From Raja brachyura (taxonomy: Eukaryota), in NCBI GenBank assembly GCA_963514005.1, contig OY740806.1, positions 26,040,001-26,104,000 on the forward strand: a stretch of DNA of 64,000 nt. The letters run 5' to 3'. Of this stretch, positions 1 through 11,865 are shown piece by piece. Position 1 is the first letter of the stretch; every line of letters starts with the position of its first letter. The notes beneath the pieces are model-generated. The model worked only from the letters and a program-made list of their open reading frames with translations, made no database searches and was not told the origin of the DNA. A program made the position numbers and the translations under genes.

Positions 1-110
1 CCTGAAGAAAAACCCATGGGGTCATGGGGAGAACATACAAATTTTATACAGCCAGCACCCATAGTCTGGATCCAACACGGGTCTCTGATGCTGCGCCACC
101 ATGCCGCGTG
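1..110 (-). mobile_element. tRNA-derived SINE (HE1/V-SINE-like), 5' part
   Basis: Reverse complement reads gcggcatggtggcgcagc...agagacccgtgttggatcc (A/B-box-like) followed by ...tttgtatgttctcccc core; related copies elsewhere in the window. Confidence 0.6.
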
Positions 111-124
111 CTGCCCCGCACCGA

Positions 125-650
125 ACATGTAAAAGTTCAAGAGAGTATTCGTCGACGTACCAAATCTCCTCAATCTTTTAAGGAAGTAGAGGCATTGATG
201 GGATTGCTTGCATCAATGTGATGGGCCTAGGAGAGATCTTCAGAGATGGCTGATGTTGTTGGCTCGCCAACCTGGTGATGAAGATAAGTTTGTGGATCCT
301 TGGTTTTTCCCTTCTAAAGTCAACAATCAGATATATCCCTAGTCTTGCTGACATTGAGAACATGATGGTTGTTCTGGCACCATTCAATCAGATTTCCAAT
401 CTCCTTCCTATACTTTGACTGCTTATTACCTGTTATTCCCCAACTCCTGTGCTGATGGTTATCGAGGAGGAGGTGTCGTTGCCAATTCGTACTGATTTGG
501 TCTGCCGATGAGGAAGCCGAGGATCAAGTTGCATAGGGATGAACAGAGTTGCAGTTCCCCGAGTTTGATAACAAGTTGATGATGGTATTGAATGGCGAGA
601 TGTTGTAGCTGAACAACACCCCGACATATGTGTTCCATCACAGAGTGGAG
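125..650 (-). mobile_element. Rex1/Babar-like LINE fragment (RT C-terminal region)
   Basis: Degenerate minus-strand RT-like sequence; homologous to copies at 7200-7870 and 49790-50600. Confidence 0.6.
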
Positions 651-714
651 AGCCAGCAAGGTGGTGTCCCCTTTTGAACTGTTGTGGTGCAATATTGCAG
701 AGGTATTAGTATTG

Positions 715-935
715 GAGAAGGGACCCTTCTTCAGACTCATTGGGTTGGGGGATTCAATGTTCATACCGCTGGGTGGTAAGCTACCCAAGCAGAATATGTG
801 GTGATTTTCCTCCAGTTTATGCATGGCTTCTCACTGGCAATGGAGGAGGCCCAGGGCGGACAGGTCAGTGTGGAAAGGGAGCAGGAGTTAAAATTGTTAG
901 CAACTGGGCGATCCAATTGACCTTGGCGGATTGAG
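715..935 (-). mobile_element. Penelope-like element fragment (GIY-YIG endonuclease C-terminus)
   Basis: Minus-strand HKLEENHHIFCLGSLPPSGMNIE matches the end of the PLE ORF at 15826-16047; joined to a cccttcttcagac terminal motif. Confidence 0.75.
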
Positions 936-1244
936 CACCAGGTTACAGGATCTGAGTTATTGCGGAGGTTAGGTGGGCTTGGACTTTATCCCTTAGAGTG
1001 AAGGGGACTGTAATAATCTTATATAGATGTAAAGAAAATGATTGTAAAGCTCAGGAACTATATGGATGATGAGATTTGTTGTAAATGTAGTAAAACATAT
1101 GTAAGGTAAAATATTGAACAGGGCCCTTGAGGAATATGGGGAGCAGGAGAGAATTGAAACAAGGAATCAGTTGGGCTAAAATAAGCAATAAAATGTCCTA
1201 AGCACATAGAGCTAAGAAAATTCCAAAAGTGTTTAATATATATA

Positions 1245-2012
1245 CTAGACCAAGTGGGACCCGTTGGGTCCCGTCCCCCAACGCAATAAACCACCACTCA
1301 CCCATAGCCCCCACGGGAGGCCTGGTCCCTCAACGCAACCCGTTCCCCAGTGTAAGATTCCAAAACTCACCCATTGGGTCCCTGTCACACGGGAGGCCTG
1401 GTCCCCCAACGCAATATTGCACCACTAACCCATAGCCCCCATGGGAGGCATAGTCCCCCAACTGAAGCCGTTCCCGAACTAAAGATTCCAGCACTCCCCT
1501 GCCTGCCGCAGCAGTTCCAATTACAATTCCAATTCGCCCTCCCCCTCCTGTTGAAGCACTTGCTGCGATATCCCATTGAAGTGAAAAGTTCACAGTATTT
1601 CTGTATTGCAACTTTGTATTGCAGTGTGTTGGAAGCTGGCAGGAAGAATTTTAAGGGTAAAAATCTTGTTAAAGTTGTCATCTGAATTTCCCCTGAAAAG
1701 GGGATTAATAAAGTATTTATCCAACTATCTATCATTTTCAAAGCTTTAATTATCAATGACTTGTAAAATATAGCATCATCACTGGAAGTTCCTGGAAAAA
1801 GGCTCTCTGTGAGAAGCTGCGGTTACCGTTGGCACCATCCCATTGTGATGTCATTGTGGCACCCGGCAGCTTGAAATCTTGAGTATGGCGTGTAGAGGAA
1901 AAATGTGAGTTAGAATATGTAAAATTTTAAGCGCTAGCGCATAGCATTTTGAGGAAGATACAAAACATACATGCACGCACAAGCACACAAGATAAGACCT
2001 TTGGTATATAGA
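1245..2012 (-). mobile_element. Non-autonomous Helitron (768 bp)
   Basis: Minus strand starts A|TCTATATA (2012) and ends ...GTCTAG|T (1245). GC hairpin GGGACCC-gtt-GGGTCCC at 1256-1272 lies just inside the CTAG end; no TSD; internal tandem repeats at 1273-1480; CA-rich tract near the 5' end. Confidence 0.8.
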
Positions 2013-2019
2013 TTGATAG

Positions 2020-2272
2020 CTAGAGGGTTGCTAGGTAAAGGGTAGGACTACAAGGAAAAAACAAGGACATTTATACCTGGAACGAGAGGACGTGAGCGAG
2101 ATACGAAACAAGTAGATATTATAACAACATATAAGACATTTGGACAATACATGGTTTACAAAGTCTTAAAGGGATATTGGCCAAACCCAGGCAAATGGGA
2201 CTGCCATAGATTGTGCATCTTGGTCGGCATGAACAGGTTGGATTGTTCCTGTGCTGTATGACTCAATGACTG
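2020..2272 (+). mobile_element. CR1 LINE 3' end fragment
   Basis: Typical CR1 ORF2 end and 3'UTR (...gggatattggccaaacccaggcaaatgggact...gtgctgtatgactcaatgact). Confidence 0.7.
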
Positions 2273-2850
2273 TCCTCTCCCCTTTATTTCCTTATCCCAC
2301 TCTCTTCTTACCCCAATAATTCCTTTCCCACCTATTCCTCTCTGCCCCTATTCCTCCCCCTCTCATCTATCCTCTCCTTCCTTCCTTCCCCAATCCCACC
2401 CCACCTCTATCTCACCGCTTCCATTTCCCTTTCTGTTGCTTTTCTTTCTCGCAATCTCCCACATTCATTAATTCTCCGTTCCTTCCTCTCTCCTCACCAT
2501 CCCCTCAAAGCTTTTCTCCTCCTTCCATTCAATTTCCTGCCTTTCCCTCTCCTCTTCATTTCCTCTTCCTTCTACCATGCTTTCTCTCTTGCTCTTTCTC
2601 CCTCTAAGCTTCCACCTCTGTTAATTTATTTCTCCATGCTCTTTTCTAAACCCCTTTAGCTTCCTCTCCCTCATAATAGCCTCTGTTTCCATCCTTCCTC
2701 TCCCCTCCTCCCAAGGTTGCTACTGCCACATTCTCAGAACTACTAACCTAGGGGCAGTGCACAAATTCCTCTTCTGTGCTTCCTGCCTTGACCCTTCTTG
2801 CAACCCTCCCCCATTCCTCCTTCCTCTCTCCTCTTCTCACCAGACGAGGA
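2273..2850. repeat. Low-complexity polypyrimidine (CT-rich) tract
   Basis: About 580 bp dominated by C/T on the + strand. Confidence 0.85.
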
Positions 2851-2899
2851 CAGAGGGGGGAAGGGGGACACACACATTTGTAGTCTCATTTGAAAATTG

Positions 2900-4400
2900 T
2901 CACTATCGGTAATCTCAGTTTCAGTGCTTGTATTTAACCCCGAGTTCGGGGAATAAAATAAAGCATAAAGCGCCACTGCCCCCACCCCCAAAAAATATTC
3001 TGGACTGCACATAGCCTCTTCAACAATAAAACAGTGAAATTGTTGGCTTTTAATATTTTTTGTTCAAGTTAAGACACGGATAGTTTTAACTATAAAACTG
3101 TAATTTAGCATGACTTTGAGAGCTTATTTGGATGAATCCAAGGTTTTATATATATTTTTTGTATTTAAATATTTTCAACTTCTGGTGATTGATTTTTGTA
3201 AATATGACCTTAAATATCGCGCTAAATGACTGCGGGGCTGTTGGACCTTGGAATAAGGGAGCGCCCCTCACTCCACGCCACTAAAGTGTATCAGCTTGTG
3301 AGTGGAGATCGGAAACGGGACACTGCACGTTTGTGTAGAGGCTGATCTTTTATACACAGTCCCTTATTGTCCAAGTTCTTTGTTCCTTTCTGTATCTTCT
3401 CAACAACATTACTGAATGCTCCTTCCCCCAGACTCTCATATTCAAACGCTGCCCGAGTCCCCGCTGTGAAAAGTGGCTGGAGGTGGGAGTGAAGGCACTC
3501 AAAAGATTCTTCCATTGATTACGTTTTTTGTTGTGTTGCCCCCCGGGGGGGGGGGGAGGAGCCCCAGGATTAGGGGCAAATTCAACAGTACACATCCGGC
3601 TGCCCCAAGCTCCAACCGCCGGATGTCCCGGCTGGTTATATAAATAGTCAGTTTAAACTATTTGTAGAGTTAAAAGCGAAATAATTGCTTTTGTCGTCGT
3701 CATAACCCAGTAAAAACAAATGTGCCTATAAATTTAGAACATGGTACTTTAAAATTCTGTTAGGATGTTTTGTAGAACCATTGGAAGGTACATGATTAAC
3801 TGAAGACATTACACCGTCATTTTGCAAATTCATGGAATTATAGATGCGTAGTGCTGTGTCTCTATGTCTATGAAGCTCTTTGAAATATTTCCAAAATATT
3901 ACCCTGCTGCTACATTGAAATGTATCAATCAGACGGTGCCATTGAATCTTTGCTACAAAGTCTGTTACGAATCCCGCGTCCTGCGCGCAACTCGCCAGTC
4001 GGCACAGGGGAGGAATATGCTTCTGTTCCAATAAGGCTCTTGTTTTTCATCATTTTATGTTTGCACGGGTTAAAAGTTCAAGTAAAAAAGTCAGTTCCGT
4101 CACGTGGCGAACTCATGACAGAGGATGACAACTTGTTTAAAATGTGTCCACTAACAACCCAAGCTTGCAGCGCACCAGGATCAAGCAGACGGCTGGATTG
4201 ACTTAGAATATAGTTTTATGCATTAACAAATAGGCCGTTTGAAAAATAACGTGTTACTGAATTAAATGTCGCTCTCAGTACTGATTAGAGAGCGTTGTGC
4301 CTGGAACAGTGATTTAGAGATTAGCCAGTTTGTTCATCGTTCATTGATTTCGTTTATATATTGATTTAGTTACGTGTTTTAGCTGGTGCTTAGTCTGATT
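2900..4400. promoter_or_regulatory. Repeat-poor, CpG-retaining region; candidate promoter flank or enhancer
   Basis: About 40 CpGs by manual count in 3200-4400 despite moderate GC; no recognisable transposon; GTCACGTG E-box with overlapping CGTCA half-CRE at 4098-4106. Confidence 0.4.
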
Positions 4401-4644
4401 TGAAATATGCACATATATTTTAACATCATACATTTAAGAGTGGCTTAATTTTTCAGAGGCCATCTGTGCCAATTAAAAAAAAAAAACATTTAATTAGAAC
4501 TAGTCTTTCGATGTTCTTCTAAAAACTGAGTAAACCGTGAAAAAAATGAAGGGATGTGTGGTGGGATGGTCAGCATCAGAGAAAGACCTTGGGCTTAAAC
4601 CAATATGGTATTTAGTAAGTTGTTACTAATCAAGAATCTGTCAA

Positions 4645-4808
4645 GGAAGGAACTGCAGATGTGTAAGAAGTAACTGCAGATGCTGGTTTAAATGGGTGAC
4701 GTTTCCGATTGAGACCTAACAAGGGTCTCGACCTGAAACGTCACCCAATCCTTCTCTCCAGAGATGCTGCCTGTCCCGCTGAGTTATTCCAGCATTTTGT
4801 GTCTCTCT
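4645..4808. mobile_element. Short fold-back PLE-derived element inserted in a CR1
   Basis: gggtgacgtttc...gaaacgtcaccc inverted arms; flanked by AAGAATC(T/A)GTCAA at 4632-4644 and 4809-4821 (12/13). Confidence 0.75.
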
Positions 4809-4821
4809 AAGAATCAGTCAA

Positions 4822-6190
4822 TCTCCACTTTATAAAATATCCAATGACGACCTCCACAGCTGCCTAGCAATATATTCCACATTTTCTCACTAAAGAAATT
4901 CCTCATCATCTCCTTTCTAAAGATATGTCCATTGATTCTGTGCCTTCTGATCCTAAACTCTCCCATTACTGGAAATATTTACGCTAGGCATTTCACTATT
5001 CAGTAATGTTTATAAAGTACCCACTCATCCTTCTAAACTCCAGCAACTACAGGCCTAGGACCATCATACGCTCATCATACGTTAACCTGATAATTCCTGT
5101 AAACCACCTCGGGCCCCTCTCCAGCATTAATGCATCCCTCCTCATAAATAGGGCCCAAAACTGCTTGCAATACTCCAAACGTGGTCCGACCAGTGCCTTA
5201 TCAATACTACATCCCTGCTTTTATATTCTAGTCCTCTGAAAATGAATGCTAACATTGCATTTGCCTTCCTTACAATTGATTCAACTTGCAAATTAACCGT
5301 TGGAGAATCCTACACCAGCACTCTCAAAGCCATTTGCATCTCTGATTTCGGAATCCTCTTAATATTTAGAAAATAATTTATGCCTTTATTCCTACTACCA
5401 AAGTGCATGACCGCACACTATCCTACCCTGTATTCCATTGCAACTTCTTTGCCCATTCTTCCAACCTGTCCAAGTCCTTCTTCGGACTCCCAGCTTCCTC
5501 TACACTACCTGCCCCTCCAATTATCTTCGTATCATCCACAAACTTGGTCACAAAGCCATCAATTCCAAATTATTAATATACAATGTGAAAAGTTGCGGAC
5601 TCAACACTGACGTGTGCAGAACATCATTAGTCTCTGGCAGCCAACCAAAAAAAGCCCCCTTTATTCCCACTCTGTGCCTTCTGCCATTCAGCCAATCTTC
5701 TATCCATGCTAGTACCTTCCTTATAATACCATGGGCTTTAATCCTGTTTACCAGCCTTTTGTGTGGCACCTTACCAAAGGTCTGCTGAAAATTCAAGTAA
5801 ACAAGGGCCCCGACCTGAAACATGACCCATCCTTTTTCTCCAGAGTTGTTACCTGCTGAGTTACTCCAGCACTTTGTGTTTATCTTTGGTAACATTCACT
5901 GACTCTCCTTTGTCTATCCTGCTATTTTCTCCATCAAGAGTTCCAACAAATTTGTCAGGCAAGATCTCCCCTCCATAAAAGGATGCTGACTTCGGCCTAT
6001 TTTATCATGTGTTTCTAAGTACTCAGAAACGTCACCCTTAATAATGGACTCTAAAATCTGACCAACTACTGAAGTTCCCCTCTTTTGCCCCGCTCCTTTT
6101 TTGAACAGTGGAGTAACATTTGTAATTTTCCAGTTCTCTGGGACCATACCTGATTCTAGTGATTCTTAAAAGATCATTACTAATGCCAGC
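4822..6190 (-). mobile_element. CR1 LINE, degenerate RT region (interrupted by a PLE end at about 5803-5890)
   Basis: Minus-strand peptides [67 protein letters not shown]. Confidence 0.9.
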
Positions 6191-7204
6191 ATCAAGTTAT
6201 CTTCATAATCTGCCTCCCCACTTCCAGATACCACACCAATTAGGCTATCACTACCTGTGCCATGTCCAAGATCAGCTACATTGGTACAAACTAGGAATCA
6301 GATCTGGTCTATAGCTCAGTTGCCTTCTGTGTTCACCTGGCTGCTGGAACAAAATGCAGCACCTCGTCCTGATATAAACTAATACTGGCTGCATTGCTTT
6401 ATTGAACAATACTGTTGGCTCTGTTGCAATGCGTGGTGAATGGGCAGGAATAAGTTACAAAAGTAACACTATGGTAACCCTATCCTGTTTTGAAATCTGA
6501 AGATATCATTTGCACTAAGGACTATAGCCTTTGAACAATATGTCTTGGTATTGGGTAATTATTGTCACGTGTATTAAGATTCAGTGAAAAACATTGTTTG
6601 GCATCTATCCAGGCAGATCATACCATACACCAGTACATCAAGGTAATGCTAAAAAGAAACAGTGCAGAATGTAGTATTACAACTGCAGAGAAAGTGCAGT
6701 TAAAACATGTGCAAGGGCCACAATGAGATAGTGAAGATATGAGATGTCCTTTCAAGAGTCTAATAACAGTGAGGACGAAGGTGTTCTCGAATCTGGTGGT
6801 ACCTGCTTTTAACCTTTTGTATATTCTGACTGGGAGAGAAGAGAGAGTGACCAGGATGGGAGTGGTCCTTGATTATTTTGGCTACTTTCCCAAGGCAGCA
6901 TGAAGTGTAGATGGAGTCCAGTGAACGCAGCGGAAGAACTTAGAACATGAAACAGTACAGCACAAAAACGGGCTCGTTGGGCTACTATGTTTGTGCCACA
7001 TGATGCCAAGACCAACCCATATCTGCCTGCATATAATCCATATCCCTCCATTCACTGCATATACATGTGCCTATCCAAAAGTCTCTTAAATGCCACTTTT
7101 GTACCCGCTTCTACCTTCGGCAGCCTTTCCAGGCAACCGGCATTCTCTGTGTAAAAATAACTCGTCCCGCACATTTCCATTAAACTTTCCCCCTCTCACC
7201 TTTT

Positions 7205-7870
7205 AGTTGGAAATTGGGAGTTATGTGGTATTCTGGGCTGTATTCAGAACTATCTGTAATTTCTTACGATCTTGGGCATATAACTGCCATACCAAGCTGC
7301 GATGCACCCTGATAGGATACGTTCCAAGGTGCCTCTGTAGAAATTGGTAAGAGTCAGTGCCTACACGCCCAATTTTTTTAGACTTCTGAGGAAGCGGAGG
7401 TGTGCTTTCTTGACCATGGCCTCAATGAGGTGGGACCAAGAGAAATTGTTGGTAATGTTTACACCTAGGAACTTGAAGTTCAACCGTATTCACTGCAACA
7501 CCTTTCATACAGACTGCACTCCATCCCAGTTCCTGAAGTCAAGACCAGCTCCTTCATTTTGCTGACATTGAGGGAGAGTTTGGTAGCTATGAAAACAAAG
7601 CTCTCTATCTGTTTCCTGTACTCCGTTTTGTCATTATTCAAGATTTAGCTTACTATGGTGGTGTCATCAGCTAACTTGTACATGGAATTAGAGCAGAATT
7701 TATAGGCAGTATAGTACTGGGATGAAAACTGCACCGCTTTTGTGAATTATCTTGGAGGATGTTTTGTCATCTATCTTCATTGCCTGTGGTTTTGGGGTCC
7801 GGAAGTCAAAGATACAGTTGCAGAGAGTAGTGCTGAGTCCTAGTTCCAGGAGTTTGCAGATACGTTTGGC
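7205..7870 (-). mobile_element. Rex1/Babar-like LINE fragment
   Basis: Minus strand encodes a degenerate RFLRSLKK..LTNFYRGTLE..GCIAAWYG-type segment. Confidence 0.7.
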
Positions 7871-8599
7871 TGGAATTATTGAAAGATTTCATAGCAACCT
7901 TTTCCACACAGAGCATGTTAAGCATCTGGAATGAGCTGCCAGAAGTGTAGTGGTTGGTGCAGGTAGAATAACATTTAAAATACATTTGGACAGGTACAAG
8001 GATAGAGAGGATATGAGCAATATGGGTCAACCACAGACAAATGGAACTCGTTCAGATGGGCCCATAGTTAACATGGACAAATGATCTGAATGGTGTGTTT
8101 CTATGTTACTAATTGTATAGTCTTACTTGTATGTTCTCCAGCATTTGGCATTTCTCCAGCATTTGGCATTTCACCCTGAGAAAATGATTCAGTCTGTGAC
8201 CCTATCTATGTCTCATAACTTTATGAACTTCCATCAGCTCTCCTCTCATCCTTTCACGATCAAGCGCAAGCAATCCAAGCTTTTCCATCTTTTCCTTATA
8301 GTTAATATACTCTGATCCATGCAGCACACTTGTAAACCTCTTTTATACCCTCTTCATAGTCTCTTTATCCTTCCTGTAATGGGGCAACCAAAATTGCACA
8401 CAGTGATTAAAATGCAGTATAACCAAAGTTTTGCACAGTGTCATTTTTTTGTATACAGTTCAGTAAAGTATTACTTTAAATAAGCACAATTTTAGATTAA
8501 GTACAAAGTGTAGAGAAATAGTCCACTGAAACAATGTCCGAATCACCAGGTTTTGGCACCATTATCATAGTCCAAATTGCTTTGGGTGCAGCTGGCCAT

Positions 8600-9660
8600 A
8601 AAGGCCCGTTGACCTGACGGCGTTGCTGGGTTGGACTTGGACTCCAGAATCTCTCTGTGCATCAATGTTGTTGAGGCACCTGCAATTAATTGTTTACTTT
8701 CTCCTTGTATCTGACCTCCCAAAATGCAATACCTTACCACATTAAACTCCACAGGCCAATTCTCTTCAAATATCTGTTGCTGATCTATATCCTGCTGAAT
8801 CCTTTGGCAGATTTCCTTATTGTCTGCAATTCCACCTATGTTTGTGTCATCTGCAAAGTTAATAACCAAACCATATACATTTATGTCCAAGTCATATGAC
8901 AACCACAGAGGTCCCAGCATAGATCCTTACGGAATTCCACTGGTCATGGAACTCCACCCAGAATGCCACCCTTTCACACATGCTCTGTCTTCCTTGAGTA
9001 AACCAGTTCTGAATCAAAATGACCAACAGTGCAGAGAAGATTTACAAGGATGTTATCAGGACGTGAGGGCCTGAGCTATCAGGAGAGGATGGGCAGGCTA
9101 CGAATGAGGGATAATCTTATAGAGGTGTATAAGATCATGAAAGGAATAAATAAGGTAAATGCCCGTCTTTTACCAAGGATAAGTGTATCAAGAACCAGGG
9201 GACATAGGTTTAAGGTGAGGGGAAAGATTTAATAGGAACCCGAGGGGCCACATTTTCACACAGAGGTTGGTGAGTGTATGGAACCAGCTGCCAGAGGAGG
9301 TAGTTGAGGCAGGTACTATAACAGCATTTAAAGGGTATTCAGACGAGTACATGGACAGAAAAAGTTGAGTGGGATATGGGCCAAATGCGGGCAAGTGGGA
9401 GTAATGTAGGGTATCTTGGCCAAAGGGCCCATCACCAGAGATCTCATGTATCTTAACCTTCTGGATCAGCCTATCATGAGAGACTTTATCAAATGCCATA
9501 CTAATCTCCATGTAGCGAACATCCCCTACGCTACCCTAATCAGTCATCTTTGTCGCCTCCTCAAAATACCCATTCAAGTTTATAAGATATGATTTGTCCC
9601 ACATATAGTTGACTGTCCACAAGTACCAATTCTCTACCCAATGTGAGTAATTGACATTTG
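8600..9660. mobile_element. Nested CR1 fragments: minus-strand RT remnant interrupted by a plus-strand CR1 3' end (about 9028-9420)
   Basis: Minus: NFADDTNIGG, AFDKVSHDRLIQKVK. Plus: QRRFTRMLSGREGLSYQER...RTRGHRFKVRG. Confidence 0.8.
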
Positions 9661-10579
9661 GATCTTGCTGCTAGATAAGCTGGTGGTAGCATATACAATC
9701 ACAAAACTAAGAAGAACTTGGACAAGCACGTGACTAGTCAAGACATAGAAGTGGGCAAATGGGATTTCTGTTGATGTGCCTAAGGGCCCATTTCTGTGCT
9801 GTACACCTCAATGACTATTCAATTCCGCTGCTTTGATTGGTCTGGATTGTTGCAGATACCCTGATTGGCTGCATTTGGCTGTCTTCACTAAAGACTCACA
9901 GAGTATAATGCACCAATGGTGCAGGCACCCGATGTGACAAATGTCTTTTTTGCAAGAACATAAATGTAGCATAGTATTTCCAAACTGCCTGGGGCAGAGA
10001 GGGAAGCTAGTTTCAGTATTATCTATAATTCACACAGTTCATTCTGTTTTATGGTCCATGCACTTATCTTACTGAAGGATCTTTTTGAGGTCTCCACTTG
10101 CTCTCCCTCCTTTAGAACCTCAGTCTGTTATCTTAAGTAAAGATTAAGAAAGGCTCATAAAATATTGGAATAAAGTTGTATAGTTGGCATGTGTTCAACA
10201 AAATAGTCTTGTTTTTTTTAATGTAGTTGAAGGTCACTATGCCCAAATCTTGATTTCTGAAGATAATATTATGTTTCACTGAGTAACGTAGGTATTTTAA
10301 TAAAGTTTTGAAGCTGGTGAATATATGGTGCCACAGAATAGAACTTATTGGCTTTTATAATAATGCCTTTGTACAGACTGGAAGCAAAATAAATAATATG
10401 CTAGGTTTGATTACTGCACCCAAAGGTGGAATAGAACATTATTTTCTATCAAACAAAACTAAATTTTGTTTTATATATTAATGTGTGGACAGAGCAGTAT
10501 GTTCAGTACCTCCATGATAGTTGGACTGTAAAGATAAAAGCACCTTGTGTATGAATTGTAAAATTCAAATTTTATATTT

Positions 10580-11865
10580 CAATGTCATTAAACTGGAAAG
10601 AGTGCAGAAAAGATTTACGAGGAAGATGCCAGGACTCGAGGGCCTGAGCTACAAGGAGAGGTTGGTGAGGCTAGAACTTTATTCCTTGGAGTGCTGGATG
10701 CTGAGGGGTGAACTTATAGGGGTGTATAAAATCATGATGGGAATAGATAGGGTGAATAAAGAGTCTTTTACCCAGGGTAAGGGAATGAAGAACCAGAGAG
10801 AGAGAGAGAGAGAGAGATGAAAGATTTAATAGGAATCTGAGGGGCAGGTTTTTCACTCAGATGGTGGTGGAATGAGCTGCTAGAGGAGGTAGTTGATGCA
10901 GGTACAACATTTAAAAGATACTTGTGCAGTTAGATTGATTGAAACGGTTAAAGGAATATGGACCAAATGCGGGCAAGTGGGACTTGCTTAGATGGGGCAT
11001 CTTGGTCGGCATGGATGAGTTGGGCCGAAGACCTGTTTTCATGCCAAATGACTCTAATTAAATTTAGGCAAGAATGCTATTGGTACCAAGTGCAATATGA
11101 TGCCAAGCTTGAAGGTGTTTACAATATTTTTTAACGGCCAGTCCCTCTTTGTTAAAGTAGAGGCGTTGAATTTAGGTAAGTAAAACCTGGGCAGGACCTG
11201 CACCAAAAGTGGTTGGGCCCTGTGGAGTGTTGTAAAACAGAGAGACCATGAGGTGAATACATCCATGAGAATGATGACAGGGGTGGGCATGCTTACCTTC
11301 AATAGTCAGAGTATTGAATGCAGGAGTCAAGGTGTCATGCTACAATTGTGCAAAATGTTAGTAAGGAGGCCCATTTGGAGTATTGTGTAGTTCCGGTTGC
11401 CCTGCTGAAGGAAGGATATTAAATTTGAAAGGGTGCAGAAACGATCTATAAGGATGTTATCAGAAAGATTTGTGCTATAAGGAAAAGCCAGATAGGCTGG
11501 GCCTTTCTTCGCTGGATCGATGGAGGCTGAAGGGAGACCTTATAAAAGTTTATAAAATCATGAGGAGCTTAAACAAGGTGAATAGCCACAGTATTTTCCC
11601 CAGGGTAGGTGAATCTAAAACCAGACGGCATATGTTTAAGGTGAGAGGGGAAAAATGTAAGGAGGAGTTGAAGGGCAATTATTTCACAAAGAGGAGGTAG
11701 AACATGCTGCCAGAGGAAATGGTAGAGGCAGGAACAATAACATTCATTTAAAAGACATTTGAACAGGCACATGGTTTGAAGGGATGTATATCTGGTGCAG
11801 GCAAGTGGGACTAGCTTGATGTAATCTGAAGTTGGGCTGAAGGGCCTGTTTACAAGCTGTATAGT
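10580..11865 (+). mobile_element. Two successive CR1 3' fragments (about 10580-11055 and 11140-11865)
   Basis: LERVQKRFTRKMPGLEGLSYKERL and LKGDLIKVYKIMR...SKTRRHMFKVRGE; (GA)n expansion at about 10795-10817. Confidence 0.85.

Noticed and set aside
1273-1480. CRISPR-like repeat/spacer appearance
   Set aside because: Inter-repeat segments are related to each other, the array lies inside a Helitron, the context is eukaryotic and there are no cas genes.
8134-8172. 18-bp tandem duplication
   Set aside because: Ordinary slippage; no functional signal.
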